Translations under genes and position numbers: made by a program
Shown: one piece after another, positions 30,001-42,032 of the stretch
How positions within the stretch are numbered: the stretch's first letter is position 1
Layout of the letters: every line of letters starts with the position of its first letter
NCBI RefSeq assembly: GCF_044324785.1
Contig: NZ_CP172127.1
DNA length: 64,000 bases
Direction: 5' to 3' (one strand)
From: Escherichia coli
Lineage (GTDB): Bacteria; Pseudomonadota; Gammaproteobacteria; Enterobacterales; Enterobacteriaceae
The notes under the pieces: model-generated
What the model was told of the DNA's origin: nothing
What the model saw: only the letters and a program-made list of their open reading frames with translations
Database searches by the model: none

Positions 30001-31980
30001 ATGAATCGTTTTATTATGGCCAACAGTCAGCAATGTCTGGGTTGTCATGCTTGTGAAATCGCCTGTGTCATGGCTCACAATGATGAGCAACATGTCCTGA
30101 GCCAACACCATTTTCATCCCCGAATTACGGTTATCAAACATCAGCAGCAACGTAGTGCAGTGACCTGTCACCATTGTGAAGATGCGCCCTGCGCCCGTAG
30201 CTGCCCTAATGGCGCAATCAGCCACGTTGATGACAGCATTCAGGTCAATCAGCAAAAGTGTATTGGCTGTAAATCCTGCGTGGTGGCCTGTCCATTTGGT
30301 ACGATGCAAATCGTCCTGACACCCGTCGCGGCGGGCAAAGTAAAAGCCACGGCGCATAAATGCGACCTTTGTGCAGGGCGCGAAAACGGTCCTGCCTGTG
30401 TCGAGAATTGCCCGGCGGACGCGCTGCAACTGGTCACTGACGCCGCACTCTCTGGCATGGCGAAATCCCGCCGCTTGCGTACCGCACGTCAGGAACATCA
30501 ACCGTGGCATGCCAGTACCGCGGCGCAAGAAATGCCGGTAATGAGTAAAGTCGAGCAAATGCAGGCAACGCCCGCGCGTGGCGAGCCGGACAAACTGGCG
30601 ATTGAAGCGCGCAAAACCGGTTTTGATGAAATTTATCTGCCATTCCGTGCCGATCAGGCACAACGGGAAGCCTCGCGCTGCCTTAAGTGCGGCGAGCACA
30701 GCGTTTGTGAATGGACCTGCCCGCTGCATAACCATATTCCACAGTGGATTGAACTGGTGAAAGCCGGAAACATCGACGCCGCCGTCGAGCTTTCTCACCA
30801 GACCAACACCCTGCCGGAAATTACCGGACGCGTTTGTCCGCAAGACCGTTTGTGTGAAGGTGCCTGTACTATTCGCGATGAGCACGGTGCGGTAACTATC
30901 GGCAACATTGAACGCTACATTTCAGATCAGGCGTTGGCGAAAGGTTGGCGTCCTGACTTAAGCCATGTCACCAAAGTGGACAAGCGGGTGGCGATTATCG
31001 GTGCGGGTCCGGCAGGGCTGGCCTGTGCGGATGTTCTGACCCGCAATGGCGTGGCGGTGACGGTGTACGATCGCCATCCAGAAATCGGTGGCTTGCTCAC
31101 TTTCGGCATTCCTTCTTTCAAACTGGATAAATCCCTGCTGGCACGCCGTCGGGAAATCTTCAGCGCGATGGGGATTCACTTCGAACTCAATTGTGAAGTG
31201 GGTAAAGATGTCTCTTTGGATTCGCTTTTGGAACAATACGACGCGGTCTTCGTTGGCGTAGGCACTTACCGTTCCATGAAAGCGGGTTTACCCAATGAAG
31301 ATGCGCCAGGCGTTTATGACGCGCTGCCGTTCCTCATCGCCAACACTAAACAGGTGATGGGACTCGAAGAGCTACCGGAAGAGCCGTTTATCAATACCGC
31401 CGGACTCAACGTCGTGGTACTGGGCGGCGGCGACACCGCGATGGACTGTGTGCGTACCGCGCTGCGCCACGGCGCGAGTAACGTCACCTGCGCTTATCGT
31501 CGTGATGAAGCTAACATGCCAGGCTCGAAGAAAGAGGTGAAGAACGCCCGCGAAGAGGGGGCCAACTTCGAATTTAACGTCCAGCCGGTGGCGCTTGAGC
31601 TGAATGAGCAAGGTCACGTTTGCGGGATTCGTTTCCTGCGTACGCGTCTTGGCGAGCCGGATGCCCAGGGGCGTCGGCGTCCAGTACCGGTGGAAGGCAG
31701 TGAATTTGTCATGCCAGCCGACGCGGTGATTATGGCGTTTGGCTTCAATCCACACGGGATGCCGTGGCTGGAGTCGCACGGTGTAACGGTAGACAAATGG
31801 GGCCGCATCATCGCGGATGTGGAAAGCCAGTACCGTTACCAGACCACGAATCCGAAAATCTTCGCCGGTGGTGACGCCGTGCGTGGTGCGGATCTGGTGG
31901 TTACCGCAATGGCAGAAGGACGTCATGCGGCACAGGGGATTATTGACTGGCTGGGGGTAAAATCAGTCAAATCTCACTGA
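30001..31980 (+). CDS. aegA: Fe-S/FAD oxidoreductase AegA (GltD-like, anaerobically expressed)
   Basis: 659 aa; N-terminal ferredoxin-like Cys clusters plus a GxGxxG dinucleotide fold (VAIIGAGPAGLACA). Confidence 0.93.
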   Translation: MNRFIMANSQQCLGCHACEIACVMAHNDEQHVLSQHHFHPRITVIKHQQQRSAVTCHHCEDAPCARSCPNGAISHVDDSIQVNQQKCIGCKSCVVACPFGTMQIVLTPVAAGKVKATAHKCDLCAGRENGPACVENCPADALQLVTDAALSGMAKSRRLRTARQEHQPWHASTAAQEMPVMSKVEQMQATPARGEPDKLAIEARKTGFDEIYLPFRADQAQREASRCLKCGEHSVCEWTCPLHNHIPQWIELVKAGNIDAAVELSHQTNTLPEITGRVCPQDRLCEGACTIRDEHGAVTIGNIERYISDQALAKGWRPDLSHVTKVDKRVAIIGAGPAGLACADVLTRNGVAVTVYDRHPEIGGLLTFGIPSFKLDKSLLARRREIFSAMGIHFELNCEVGKDVSLDSLLEQYDAVFVGVGTYRSMKAGLPNEDAPGVYDALPFLIANTKQVMGLEELPEEPFINTAGLNVVVLGGGDTAMDCVRTALRHGASNVTCAYRRDEANMPGSKKEVKNAREEGANFEFNVQPVALELNEQGHVCGIRFLRTRLGEPDAQGRRRPVPVEGSEFVMPADAVIMAFGFNPHGMPWLESHGVTVDKWGRIIADVESQYRYQTTNPKIFAGGDAVRGADLVVTAMAEGRHAAQGIIDWLGVKSVKSH

Positions 31981-32047
31981 TAGCCTGCGCAGACAAACCC
32001 GACTTCACAGCGTAAGATAATTGTTCATTTCGCGCTGTGGAGTCGGT

Positions 32048-32623
32048 ATGACGCAACAAATCACCCTCATTAAAGACAAAATTCTCTCCGATAACTATTT
32101 CACCCTGCACAACATTACTTACGATCTCACGCGCAAAGATGGCGAAGTTATCCGCCATAAACGTGAAGTTTACGATCGCGGTAATGGTGCAACGATCCTC
32201 CTGTACAACGCGAAGAAAAAGACCGTGGTTCTGATTCGTCAGTTCCGCGTCGCTACCTGGGTTAATGGCAATGAAAGCGGGCAGCTGATTGAAACCTGCG
32301 CCGGGCTGCTGGATAACGACGAACCGGAAGTGTGTATTCGTAAAGAAGCGATTGAAGAGACGGGTTATGAAGTTGGCGAAGTGCGCAAATTATTTGAACT
32401 GTATATGTCGCCAGGCGGTGTGACTGAGCTAATCCACTTCTTTATCGCCGAATACAGTGACAGCCAGCGCGCTAACGCGGGCGGTGGTGTCGAAGATGAA
32501 GATATTGAAGTGCTCGAGTTGCCGTTCAACAAGGCGCTGGAGATGATTAAAACCGGCGAGATACGTGACGGTAAGACGGTGTTATTGCTTAACTATTTGC
32601 AAATGTCACATTTAATGGACTGA
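32048..32623 (+). CDS. nudK: GDP-mannose pyrophosphatase NudK (Nudix hydrolase)
   Basis: 191 aa from ATG 32048; Nudix-box-like segment (...[14 protein letters not shown]...). Confidence 0.92.
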   Translation: MTQQITLIKDKILSDNYFTLHNITYDLTRKDGEVIRHKREVYDRGNGATILLYNAKKKTVVLIRQFRVATWVNGNESGQLIETCAGLLDNDEPEVCIRKEAIEETGYEVGEVRKLFELYMSPGGVTELIHFFIAEYSDSQRANAGGGVEDEDIEVLELPFNKALEMIKTGEIRDGKTVLLLNYLQMSHLMD

Positions 32624-32748
32624 AAAATAACAATAATATTTCGTTGTTTATTATTGGCTCAATCCGATAAATCCGATTGAGCCGCGCTACCTGCGCAACG
32701 AAGATACGACTTGTGCTGTTTGTTTGAACTTCTGGGGTCGTACCGTCC

Positions 32749-33792
32749 ATGCGCTATCGCATTTTCCTTCTCTTTTTTTTCGCTTTGTTGCCGACGTCTT
32801 TGGTGTGGGCGGCACCAGCGCAACGGGCGTTTTCCGACTGGCAGGTTACCTGTAATAACCAAAATTTCTGTGTAGCGCGCAATACGGGCGATCATAATGG
32901 ACTGGTGATGACCCTGAGCCGCAGCGCCGGGGCGCATACCGATGCCGTTTTACGTATTGAGCGCGGCGGGTTGAAATCGCCGGATGCGTCTGAAGGGGAG
33001 ATAGCGCCACGGCTGCTGTTAGATGGTGAGCCGTTGGCATTAAGTGGTGACAAGTGGCGGATTTCACCATGGTTATTAGTAACCGATGATACGGCAACCA
33101 TCACCGCGTTTTTGCAGATGATTCAGGAAGGGAAGGCGATCACCTTACGCGACGGCAATCAGACCATTTCTCTGAGTGGCTTAAAAGCGGCGTTGTTGTT
33201 TATTGATGCTCAGCAAAAGCGCGTTGGCAGTGAAACCGCGTGGATCAAGAAAGGGGACGAACCGCCGCTCAGCGTACCGCCCGCGCCTGCGCTGAAAGAG
33301 GTCGCGGTGGTTAACCCAACGCCGACGCCACTCTCACTCGAAGAACGTAACGATTTGCTGGATTATGGAAACTGGCGGATGAATGGTCTGCGCTGCTCGC
33401 TTGATCCGTTACGTCGTGAGGTGAATGTCACTGCGTTGACCGATGATAAAGCACTGATGATGATTAGCTGTGAGGCAGGGGCCTATAACACCATTGATTT
33501 GGCATGGATTGTGTCGCGTAAAAAGCCGCTAGCCTCGCGCCCGGTTCGGTTGCGTTTGCCGTTCAACAACGGTCAGGAGACGAATGAACTGGAACTGATG
33601 AACGCAACATTTGATGAGAAATCGCGTGAACTGGTGACCTTAACGAAAGGGCGCGGATTAAGCGATTGTGGCATTCAGGCGCGCTGGCGCTTTGACGGTC
33701 AGCGTTTTCGCCTGGTGCGTTACGCCGCAGAACCCACCTGCGATAACTGGCATGGGCCAGACGCCTGGCCCACGTTGTGGATCACCCGTTAA
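32749..33792 (+). CDS. ypfG: Uncharacterised secreted protein YpfG (DUF1176)
   Basis: 347 aa; N-terminal signal peptide (LLFFFALLPTSLVWA|AP); several Cys. Confidence 0.9.
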   Translation: MRYRIFLLFFFALLPTSLVWAAPAQRAFSDWQVTCNNQNFCVARNTGDHNGLVMTLSRSAGAHTDAVLRIERGGLKSPDASEGEIAPRLLLDGEPLALSGDKWRISPWLLVTDDTATITAFLQMIQEGKAITLRDGNQTISLSGLKAALLFIDAQQKRVGSETAWIKKGDEPPLSVPPAPALKEVAVVNPTPTPLSLEERNDLLDYGNWRMNGLRCSLDPLRREVNVTALTDDKALMMISCEAGAYNTIDLAWIVSRKKPLASRPVRLRLPFNNGQETNELELMNATFDEKSRELVTLTKGRGLSDCGIQARWRFDGQRFRLVRYAAEPTCDNWHGPDAWPTLWITR

Positions 33793-33824
33793 ACAAAATC
33801 CCAGATGCGCCCCTAAAAAGAGCA

Positions 33825-33873
33825 CGGACCGTCCCCTCGCCCCTCTGGGGAGAGGGTTAGGGTGAGGGGAACA
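33825..33873. repeat. GC-rich ~49 bp intergenic repeat, copy 1 (between convergent ypfG and tktB)
   Basis: cggaccgtcccctcgcccctctggggagagggttagggtgaggggaaca; internally palindromic; differs at 2 positions from the copy at 47218-47266. Confidence 0.75.
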
Positions 33874-33894
33874 TACAGCATCCGGCGATCACCA

Positions 33895-35898
33895 TCAGGC
33901 ACCTTTCACTCCCAGCACCTTATGCGCTTTTGCCACAATATTCTCGGCGGTAAAGCCAAAGAACGGGAACAGCTTATCCGCCGGAGCAGATTCCCCATAA
34001 CCTGTCATCCCGACAATTGCCCCTTTCAGGCCAACATATTTGTACCAGTAATCGGCAATACCCGCTTCCACCGCCACGCGAGCCGCAACGTTAGAAGGCA
34101 ACACCGACTCGCGATATTCCTCATCCTGGGCGTCGAAAATATCGGTCGAGGGCAGGGAAACTACGCGTACATTGCGACCTTCTCCCGCTAATTTCTCTGC
34201 CGCTTGCAGGGTGATTTCCATCTCTGAACCGGTGGCAATCAAAATAATATCCGGCTTGCCGCCGCTGTCTTTCAACACATAACCACCACGAGCAATCTCT
34301 TTAACCTGATCCGGCGTACGTTCCACCTGGGCCAGATTCTGCCTGGAGAGGATCAGTGCCGTCGGTCCGTTGTGGCGCTCAACCGCCAGCTTCCAGCCCA
34401 CCGCTGCTTCCACCTGATCGCACGGTCGCCAGGTGCTGAAATTTGGCGTTAAGCGCAGACTGGCCAGTTGCTCAACAGCCTGGTGCGTAGGACCATCTTC
34501 GCCCAGACCAATTGAGTCGTGGGTATAAACCATAATCTGCCGCGCTTTCATCAGTGCCGCCATCCGCGCGGCGTTACGGGCGTATTCAACAAACATCAGG
34601 AACGTCGCGGTATACGGTACAAATCCACCGTGGTGCGCGATGCCATTGGCGATAGCGGTCATACCAAATTCACGCACCCCGTAGTGAATATAGTTGCCCG
34701 CCGGATCTTCCTTCAGCGACACAGAACCTTTCCAGATGGTGAGGTTGCTGGGAGCCAGATCCGCCGAACCGCCGAGCAGCTCCGGTAGCATCGGCCCGTA
34801 AGCGTTAAGCGTATTTTGCGAAGCCTTACGGGTAGCGATTTTCGCCGGATTTGCCTGTAACTCATTGATATATTTCTGAGTCGTTTTCTCCCAGTCCTTC
34901 GGTAAACCACCGCTCATCCGACGGGTAAACTCTTCTGCCAGTTGCGGATGGGCCTTTTTGTAGGCTGCATACTTCTCATTCCAGCTCTGCTGCGCTTTTT
35001 CGCCTTTTTCGCGGGCATCCCAGGCGTGATAAATCTCTTTAGGGATTTCAAATGGCGGATGGTGCCAGCCCAGTTTTTGCCGTGCCAGCGCCACTTCTTC
35101 TTCCCCCAGCGGTGCGCCATGCGCCTCTTCCTTACCTGCTTTATTCGGCGATCCAAAGCCAATCACTGTACGACAGATAATCAGCGACGGCTTATCTTTC
35201 ACGCTTTGCGCTTCAAGGATCGCTTCCTTCACCGCCTGCGGATCGTGACCGTCGATCTCGTGGATCACATGCCAGTGATAGGCTTCAAAACGTTTTGCTG
35301 TATCGTCGGTAAACCAGCCTTCGGTTTCACCGTCGATGGAAATACCGTTGTGATCGTAAAAACCAATCAGCTTGCCCAGTCCCAGCGTGCCCGCCAGCGA
35401 ACAGACTTCGTGGGAAATACCTTCCATCAGGCAACCGTCGCCCATAAACACATAGGTGAAGTGATCGACAATTTCATGATCCGGCTGGTTAAACTGCGCC
35501 GCCAGTGTACGCTCTGCTATCGCCAGCCCGACGGCGTTCGCCAAACCTTGTCCAAGTGGACCGGTGGTGGTTTCAACACCTGGCGTATAACCAATCTCCG
35601 GGTGACCTGGGGTTTTTGAATGCAACTGACGGAAGTTCTTCAGCTCTTCCAGCGGCAGGTCGTAACCGGTCAGATGCAGCAAACTGTAGAGCAGCATCGA
35701 CGCGTGGCCGTTGGAAAGAATAAAGCGGTCGCGATCATACCAGGTTGGGTCGGTGGGGTTATGTTTAAGAAAATCGTTCCACAGCACTTCGGCAATATCA
35801 GCCATGCCCATCGGCGCGCCGGGATGACCAGAATTGGCTTTTTGTACCGCATCCATACTGAGTGCGCGAATCGCATTGGCAAGGTCTTTTCGGGACAT
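33895..35898 (-). CDS. tktB: Transketolase 2 TktB
   Basis: 667 aa from ATG 35898 ([27 protein letters not shown]...); the ORF track adds 21 upstream codons. Confidence 0.96.
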   Translation of the reverse strand: MSRKDLANAIRALSMDAVQKANSGHPGAPMGMADIAEVLWNDFLKHNPTDPTWYDRDRFILSNGHASMLLYSLLHLTGYDLPLEELKNFRQLHSKTPGHPEIGYTPGVETTTGPLGQGLANAVGLAIAERTLAAQFNQPDHEIVDHFTYVFMGDGCLMEGISHEVCSLAGTLGLGKLIGFYDHNGISIDGETEGWFTDDTAKRFEAYHWHVIHEIDGHDPQAVKEAILEAQSVKDKPSLIICRTVIGFGSPNKAGKEEAHGAPLGEEEVALARQKLGWHHPPFEIPKEIYHAWDAREKGEKAQQSWNEKYAAYKKAHPQLAEEFTRRMSGGLPKDWEKTTQKYINELQANPAKIATRKASQNTLNAYGPMLPELLGGSADLAPSNLTIWKGSVSLKEDPAGNYIHYGVREFGMTAIANGIAHHGGFVPYTATFLMFVEYARNAARMAALMKARQIMVYTHDSIGLGEDGPTHQAVEQLASLRLTPNFSTWRPCDQVEAAVGWKLAVERHNGPTALILSRQNLAQVERTPDQVKEIARGGYVLKDSGGKPDIILIATGSEMEITLQAAEKLAGEGRNVRVVSLPSTDIFDAQDEEYRESVLPSNVAARVAVEAGIADYWYKYVGLKGAIVGMTGYGESAPADKLFPFFGFTAENIVAKAHKVLGVKGA

Positions 35899-35917
35899 AT
35901 AACACTCCGTGGCTGGT

Positions 35918-36868
35918 TTATAGTTTGGCGGCAAGAAGATCTTCCAGTTTGCGTTGATCAACGGCGAACAGACGAATGCCTTCAGACAGTTTTTCTACCG
36001 CCATCGCATCCTGATTGTGCTCCCAACGGAACTCCGCTTCGCTCATGGGAGCTGGGCGTGGGAACGTCTGAGAAGATGGGATTAATTTACGTACCACTGG
36101 CGAAACTTTTTCCTGCAGCTCCTTCAGCAAATTCGGTGCGATAGTCAGTCGATCGCAGCCGGTTAAGGCGAGGATTTGTTCGGTGCGACGGAAGCTCGCG
36201 CCCATCACAATGGTTTCATAGTGGTGTTGCTTATAGTAGTCGTAGATATTGCGTACTGATTTAACGCCTGGATCTTCTTCCACCACATACGGGTCCATCG
36301 GCTTGCGTGCCTGATACCAGTCATAAATACGCCCGACAAACGGCGAAATAAGAAATACGCCTGCTTCTGCACAGGCCCGCGCCTGTGCAAAAGAAAACAG
36401 CAGCGTCAGGTTGCAGTTAATACCTTCTTTTTCCAGCTCTTCTGCCGCGCGAATTCCTTCCCAGGTTGAAGCCAGCTTGATCAAAATGCGTGATTTCTCA
36501 ACGCCTTGTTGCTGATACAAGTCCACCAGATGGCGCGCTTTCTCAATACTCTTTTCTTTATCAAAAGAGAGGCGTGCATCAACTTCTGTTGACACGCGAC
36601 CGGGTACGATTTTGAGAATTTCAGCACCGAAATTGACCGCCAGTTTGTCACACGCTGCGACCACCTGTTGTTCCTGGGTCTTGCCATTTTTTTTACCCCA
36701 GGCGATAGCATCGTCTATTAAATGCTCATATTGTGATAATCCGGCAGCCTTGAGTAACAGCGAAGGATTGGTGGTGGCATCCTGGGGATGATAATGGCGA
36801 ATGGACTCAATATCGCCGCTGTCTGCCACGACAGTGGTGAACTGTTTGATGCCGTCTAACTCGTTCAT
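35918..36868 (-). CDS. talA: Transaldolase A TalA
   Basis: 316 aa; 19 bp upstream of tktB on the same strand. Confidence 0.96.
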   Translation of the reverse strand: MNELDGIKQFTTVVADSGDIESIRHYHPQDATTNPSLLLKAAGLSQYEHLIDDAIAWGKKNGKTQEQQVVAACDKLAVNFGAEILKIVPGRVSTEVDARLSFDKEKSIEKARHLVDLYQQQGVEKSRILIKLASTWEGIRAAEELEKEGINCNLTLLFSFAQARACAEAGVFLISPFVGRIYDWYQARKPMDPYVVEEDPGVKSVRNIYDYYKQHHYETIVMGASFRRTEQILALTGCDRLTIAPNLLKELQEKVSPVVRKLIPSSQTFPRPAPMSEAEFRWEHNQDAMAVEKLSEGIRLFAVDQRKLEDLLAAKL

Positions 36869-37156
36869 AGGAAATACTCCTTGAAAAGTAAAGTGTTAGA
36901 TGAGTGCGTTAATTCACACTTCTGAGAAATTTCGCTAAACGCATCAAAAAAGCATAGCAGACAGGCATGGTATTGCTGGATTAAGCAGGTAACATCAGTG
37001 TTATAGGATTATTACCAAAACATTATATTAATGGTGAGAGTTTGGACTTGCTCAAAGTCTGTAGACTCCGGCAAGGTAATAATGTGCGCCACGTTGTGGG
37101 CAGGGGCTGTTGCCCACACACTTTACTTGTGAACGTTACGTGAAAGGAACAACCAA

Positions 37157-39436
37157 ATGGATGACCAGTTAAAACAAAGTGCACTTGATTTCCATGAATT
37201 TCCAGTTCCAGGGAAAATCCAGGTTTCTCCAACCAAGCCTCTGGCAACGCAGCGCGATCTGGCGCTGGCCTACTCACCAGGCGTTGCCGCACCTTGTCTT
37301 GAAATCGAAAAAGACCCGTTAAAAGCCTACAAATATACCGCGCGCGGTAACCTGGTGGCGGTGATCTCTAACGGTACGGCGGTGCTGGGGTTAGGCAACA
37401 TTGGCGCGCTGGCAGGCAAACCGGTGATGGAAGGCAAGGGCGTTCTGTTTAAGAAATTCGCCGGGATTGATGTATTTGACATTGAAGTTGATGAACTCGA
37501 CCCGGACAAATTTATTGAAGTCGTCGCCGCGCTTGAACCGACCTTCGGCGGCATCAACCTCGAAGACATTAAAGCGCCAGAATGTTTCTATATTGAACAG
37601 AAACTGCGCGAGCGAATGAATATTCCGGTATTCCACGACGATCAGCACGGCACGGCAATCATCAGCACTGCCGCCATCCTCAACGGTTTGCGCGTGGTGG
37701 AGAAAAACATCTCCGACGTGCGGATGGTGGTTTCCGGCGCGGGTGCCGCAGCAATCGCCTGTATGAACCTGCTGGTAGCGCTGGGTCTGCAAAAACATAA
37801 CATCGTGGTTTGCGATTCAAAAGGCGTTATCTATCAGGGCCGTGAGCCAAACATGGCGGAAACCAAAGCCGCATATGCGGTGGTGGATGACGGCAAACGT
37901 ACCCTCGATGATGTGATTGAAGGCGCGGATATTTTCCTCGGCTGTTCCGGCCCGAAAGTGCTGACCCAGGAAATGGTGAAGAAAATGGCTCGTGCGCCAA
38001 TGATCCTGGCGCTGGCGAATCCGGAACCGGAAATTCTGCCGCCGCTGGCGAAAGAAGTGCGTCCGGATGCCATCATCTGCACCGGTCGTTCCGACTACCC
38101 GAACCAGGTGAACAACGTTCTTTGCTTCCCGTTCATCTTCCGTGGCGCGCTGGACGTTGGCGCAACCGCCATCAACGAAGAGATGAAACTGGCGGCGGTA
38201 CGCGCGATTGCAGAACTGGCCCATGCGGAACAGAGTGAAGTGGTGGCTTCAGCTTATGGCGATCAGGATCTGAGCTTTGGTCCGGAATACATCATTCCAA
38301 AACCGTTTGATCCGCGCTTGATCGTTAAGATCGCTCCTGCGGTCGCTAAAGCAGCGATGGAGTCGGGCGTGGCGACGCGTCCGATTGCTGATTTCGACGT
38401 CTACATCGACAAGCTGACGGAGTTCGTTTACAAAACCAACCTGTTTATGAAGCCGATTTTTTCCCAGGCTCGCAAAGCGCCGAAGCGCGTCGTTCTGCCG
38501 GAAGGGGAAGAGGCGCGCGTTCTGCATGCCACTCAGGAACTGGTAACGCTGGGGCTGGCGAAACCGATCCTTATCGGTCGTCCGAACGTGATCGAAATGC
38601 GCATTCAGAAACTGGGCTTGCAGATCAAAGCGGGCGTTGATTTTGAGATCGTCAATAACGAATCCGATCCGCGCTTTAAAGAGTACTGGACCGAATACTT
38701 CCAGATCATGAAGCGTCGCGGCGTCACTCAGGAACAGGCGCAGCGGGCGCTGATCAGTGACCCGACAGTGATTGGCGCGATCATGGTTCAGCGTGGCGAA
38801 GCCGATGCAATGATCTGCGGTACGGTGGGCGATTATCATGAACATTTTAGCGTGGTGAAAAATGTCTTTGGTTATCGCGATGGCGTTCACACCGCAGGTG
38901 CCATGAACGCGCTGCTGCTGCCGAGTGGTAACACCTTTATTGCCGATACTTACGTTAATGACGAACCAGACGCAGAAGAGCTTGCGGAGATCACCTTGAT
39001 GGCGGCAGAAACTGTTCGTCGTTTCGGTATTGAACCGCGCGTGGCTCTGTTGTCGCACTCCAACTTTGGTTCTTCTGACTGCCCGTCGTCGAGCAAAATG
39101 CGTCAGGCGCTGGAACTGGTCAGGGAACGTGCACCAGAACTGATGATTGATGGTGAAATGCACGGCGATGCAGCGCTGGTGGAAGCGATTCGCAGCGACC
39201 GTATGCCGGACAGCCCTTTGAAAGGTTCCGCTAATATTCTGGTGATGCCGAACATGGAAGCTGCCCGCATTAGTTACAACTTATTGCGCGTTTCCAGCTC
39301 GGAAGGTGTGACTGTCGGTCCGGTGCTGATGGGCGTGGCGAAACCGGTTCACGTGTTAACGCCGATCGCATCGGTACGTCGTATCGTCAACATGGTGGCG
39401 CTGGCTGTGGTTGAAGCACAAACCCAACCGCTGTAA
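37157..39436 (+). CDS. maeB: NADP-dependent malic enzyme MaeB (malic enzyme fused to a PTA-like domain)
   Basis: 759 aa matching E. coli MaeB. Confidence 0.96.
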   Translation: MDDQLKQSALDFHEFPVPGKIQVSPTKPLATQRDLALAYSPGVAAPCLEIEKDPLKAYKYTARGNLVAVISNGTAVLGLGNIGALAGKPVMEGKGVLFKKFAGIDVFDIEVDELDPDKFIEVVAALEPTFGGINLEDIKAPECFYIEQKLRERMNIPVFHDDQHGTAIISTAAILNGLRVVEKNISDVRMVVSGAGAAAIACMNLLVALGLQKHNIVVCDSKGVIYQGREPNMAETKAAYAVVDDGKRTLDDVIEGADIFLGCSGPKVLTQEMVKKMARAPMILALANPEPEILPPLAKEVRPDAIICTGRSDYPNQVNNVLCFPFIFRGALDVGATAINEEMKLAAVRAIAELAHAEQSEVVASAYGDQDLSFGPEYIIPKPFDPRLIVKIAPAVAKAAMESGVATRPIADFDVYIDKLTEFVYKTNLFMKPIFSQARKAPKRVVLPEGEEARVLHATQELVTLGLAKPILIGRPNVIEMRIQKLGLQIKAGVDFEIVNNESDPRFKEYWTEYFQIMKRRGVTQEQAQRALISDPTVIGAIMVQRGEADAMICGTVGDYHEHFSVVKNVFGYRDGVHTAGAMNALLLPSGNTFIADTYVNDEPDAEELAEITLMAAETVRRFGIEPRVALLSHSNFGSSDCPSSSKMRQALELVRERAPELMIDGEMHGDAALVEAIRSDRMPDSPLKGSANILVMPNMEAARISYNLLRVSSSEGVTVGPVLMGVAKPVHVLTPIASVRRIVNMVALAVVEAQTQPL

Positions 39437-39453
39437 TTCATTCTTAACTCTCA

Positions 39454-39487
39454 CGCTTACCCTGAATATTCAGGGTAAGCGGTTTTC
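39454..39487 (+). terminator. Intrinsic terminator of maeB
   Basis: Near-perfect palindrome cgcttaccctgaata/tattcagggtaagcg followed by TTTT. Confidence 0.8.
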
Positions 39488-39728
39488 CTGAAATATATTA
39501 GCAAAGCTTATTACTGAGTTTGCGAATAATAAAAAAAGCAGTATATAAAATATCTCGATATTATTTTATTTATATTCATGCCTCGCATATGAAAGTTTAT
39601 TCATAACAGTAAATATCTCTCCATTCTTAGTGATCTACCTCACCTTTTAAACGCGCTTGCCGAATTTTGTTATTTACTCTGACGAAAAATTGTCACGATA
39701 CACGAAAGTTTTTCACAGGCGGCGACTC

Positions 39729-40064
39729 ATGGATAAAGAACGCATCATTCAGGAATTTGTGCCCGGTAAACAGGTCACACTGGCGCATCTCATCGCGCAT
39801 CCCGGCGAGGAACTGGCGAAGAAAATCGGCGTTCCGGATGCGGGCGCAATCGGCATTATGACGCTAACTCCTGGCGAAACGGCGATGATCGCCGGTGATT
39901 TAGCACTAAAAGCCGCCGATGTGCATATCGGTTTTCTCGACCGTTTTAGCGGCGCGTTGGTGATTTATGGCTCGGTGGGTGCAGTAGAAGAAGCGTTATC
40001 ACAAACCGTCAGCGGTTTAGGGCGTTTATTAAATTATACGCTTTGTGAAATGACCAAAAGTTAA
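39729..40064 (+). CDS. eutS: Ethanolamine-utilisation microcompartment shell protein EutS (BMC domain)
   Basis: 111 aa from ATG 39729 ([15 protein letters not shown]...); the ORF track adds 24 upstream codons. Confidence 0.93.
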
Positions 40065-40076
40065 TACGAGGCATTC

Positions 40077-40556
40077 ATGAAACGAATTGCGTTTGTGGGT
40101 ACCGTCGGGGCAGGAAAAACAACGTTATTTAATGCGTTGCAGGGAGATTATACCCTCGCCAGAAAAACGCAGGCCGTAGAATTTAATGATAAGGGTGATA
40201 TTGATACGCCGGGTGAATATTTTAGCCATCCCCGCTGGTATCACGCCTTAATTACCACGCTACAGGATGTGGACATGCTGATCTATGTCCACGGCGCGAA
40301 TGACCCGGAAAGTCGGTTGCCTGCCGGGTTGCTGGATATTGGCGTCAGCAAACGGCAAATCGCCGTCATCAGTAAAACGGACATGCCAGATGCTGACGTC
40401 GCCGCAACGCGAAAGTTATTGCTTGAGACGGGCTTCGAAGAGCCGATTTTCGAGCTAAACAGCCACGACCCGCAAAGCGTGCAGCAACTGGTGGATTATC
40501 TGGCATCTCTCACCGAACAGGAGGAAGCAGGTGAAAAAACTCATTACAGCGAATGA
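40077..40556 (+). CDS. eutP: Ethanolamine-utilisation protein EutP (P-loop GTPase/acetate-kinase-like)
   Basis: 159 aa; P-loop GTVGAGKT. Confidence 0.93.
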   Translation: MKRIAFVGTVGAGKTTLFNALQGDYTLARKTQAVEFNDKGDIDTPGEYFSHPRWYHALITTLQDVDMLIYVHGANDPESRLPAGLLDIGVSKRQIAVISKTDMPDADVAATRKLLLETGFEEPIFELNSHDPQSVQQLVDYLASLTEQEEAGEKTHYSE

Positions 40557-41232
40557 TATTCGTGAAGCACACGCGCGCGGCGAACAGGCAATGTCCGTGG
40601 TTCTGCGCGCCAGCATTATTACCCCGGAAGCCCGTGAAGTGGCGGATCTGTTGGGTTTTACCATCACTGAATGTGATGAATCGACTGCGGTAACGACGTC
40701 TGTTCCCGCCAGCGTGCCAGCCGATAAAACCGAAAGCCAGCGCATCCGCGAAACCATCATCGCCCAGCTGCCGGAAGGCCAGTTTACCGAAAGCCTGGTC
40801 GCGCAGCTGATGGAAAAAGTGATGAAGGAAAAACAGTCACTGGAGCAGGGTGCAATGCAGCCGAGTTTCAAATCGGTTACCGGCAAAGGCGGCATCAAAG
40901 TTATTGATGGCAGCAGCGTCAAGTTTGGTCGTTTTGACGGCGCACAGCCACACTGCGTCGGATTAACGGATCTGGTCACCGGAGACGACGGCAGCAGCAT
41001 GGCCGCTGGTTTTATGCAGTGGGAGAACGCCTTCTTCCCGTGGACCCTGAACTATGACGAAATCGACATGGTACTGGAAGGGGAACTGCACGTTCGCCAC
41101 GAAGGCGAAACCATGATCGCCAAAGCAGGCGACGTGATGTTTATCCCGAAAGGCTCCAGCATCGAATTTGGTACGACATCCAGCGTGAAATTCCTGTATG
41201 TCGCCTGGCCGGCTAACTGGCAATCCCTATGA
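40531..41232 (+). CDS. eutQ: Ethanolamine-utilisation protein EutQ (cupin domain)
   Basis: 233 aa, GTG start; overlaps eutP by 26 nt. Confidence 0.92.
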   Translation: MKKLITANDIREAHARGEQAMSVVLRASIITPEAREVADLLGFTITECDESTAVTTSVPASVPADKTESQRIRETIIAQLPEGQFTESLVAQLMEKVMKEKQSLEQGAMQPSFKSVTGKGGIKVIDGSSVKFGRFDGAQPHCVGLTDLVTGDDGSSMAAGFMQWENAFFPWTLNYDEIDMVLEGELHVRHEGETMIAKAGDVMFIPKGSSIEFGTTSSVKFLYVAWPANWQSL

Positions 41233-42032
41233 AAGATTTCATCACCGAAGCATGGCTAAGAGCGAACCATACGCTCAGCGAAGGCGCAGAGATCCATCTC
41301 CCTGCGGACAGTCGCCTGACGCCCTCTGCCCGGGAGTTGCTGGAAAGCCGCCATCTGCGCATCAAGTTTATTGACGAGCAGGGCCGCCTGTTTGTTGACG
41401 ATGAACAGCAGCAGCCGCAGCCCGTTCATGGGCTGACCAGTAGCGATGAACATCCGCAGGCGTGCTGCGAACTGTGCCGCCAGCCGGTGGCGAAAAAGCC
41501 GGATACGCTGACTCACCTGTCGGCGGAAAAAATGGTCGCCAAAAGCGATCCGCGCCTGGGTTTTCGCGCTGTTCTCGACAGCACCATTGCGCTGGCAGTG
41601 TGGCTGCAAATTGAACTGGCAGAACCGTGGCAGCCATGGCTGGCGGACATCCGCTCGCGTCTTGGCAACATTATGCGCGCCGATGCGCTGGGGGAACCGC
41701 TGGCCTGCCAGGCGATTGTCGGGCTTTCTGACGAAGATCTGCATCGGCTTTCTCACCAGCCGCTGCGCTATCTTGGTCACGATCATCTGGTGCCGGAAGC
41801 CAGCCACGGGCGCGATGCGGCGTTGCTCAATCTGCTACGCACCAAAGTGCGGGAAACCGAAACCGTGGCGGCGCAGGTCTTTATCACCCGCAGCTTTGAA
41901 GTATTACGCCCGGACATCTTGCAGGCGCTGAACCGCCTTTCCAGCACGGTCTACGTGATGATGATCCTGAGCGTAGCGAAACAACCGCTAACGGTGAAGC
42001 AGATCCAACAACGACTGGGGGAAACGCAATGA
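41229..42032 (+). CDS. eutT: Corrinoid adenosyltransferase EutT
   Basis: 267 aa; ATGA overlap with eutQ. Confidence 0.93.
   Translation: MKDFITEAWLRANHTLSEGAEIHLPADSRLTPSARELLESRHLRIKFIDEQGRLFVDDEQQQPQPVHGLTSSDEHPQACCELCRQPVAKKPDTLTHLSAEKMVAKSDPRLGFRAVLDSTIALAVWLQIELAEPWQPWLADIRSRLGNIMRADALGEPLACQAIVGLSDEDLHRLSHQPLRYLGHDHLVPEASHGRDAALLNLLRTKVRETETVAAQVFITRSFEVLRPDILQALNRLSSTVYVMMILSVAKQPLTVKQIQQRLGETQ

Noticed and set aside
29977-30885. 302 aa ORF on the minus strand, antisense to aegA
   Set aside because: It lies entirely inside the well-supported aegA coding region on the opposite strand, with no RBS or recognisable domain; this is the kind of shadow ORF expected in GC-rich coding DNA.
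32656-32683. Hairpin ggctcaatc-N10-gattgagcc after nudK
   Set aside because: A 9-bp stem, but no T-run follows and it sits in the ypfG promoter region; the function is unclear, so it was not promoted to a feature.
38249-39163. 304 aa minus-strand ORF antisense to maeB, plus similar long antisense or off-frame ORFs at 48819-49811 (in eutA), 58137-59063 (in yfeX), 45095-45844 (in eutE/eutJ) and 12345-13184 (in hyfB)
   Set aside because: All are embedded in confidently identified genes and translate to low-complexity Arg/Ala/Gly-rich sequence; treated as non-coding shadow frames.
39488-39728. Attempted to place the EutR and CRP sites and the main promoter upstream of eutS
   Set aside because: The region is AT-rich with several -10-like hexamers but no match strong enough to assign; I do not recall the EutR operator sequence well enough to recognise it.
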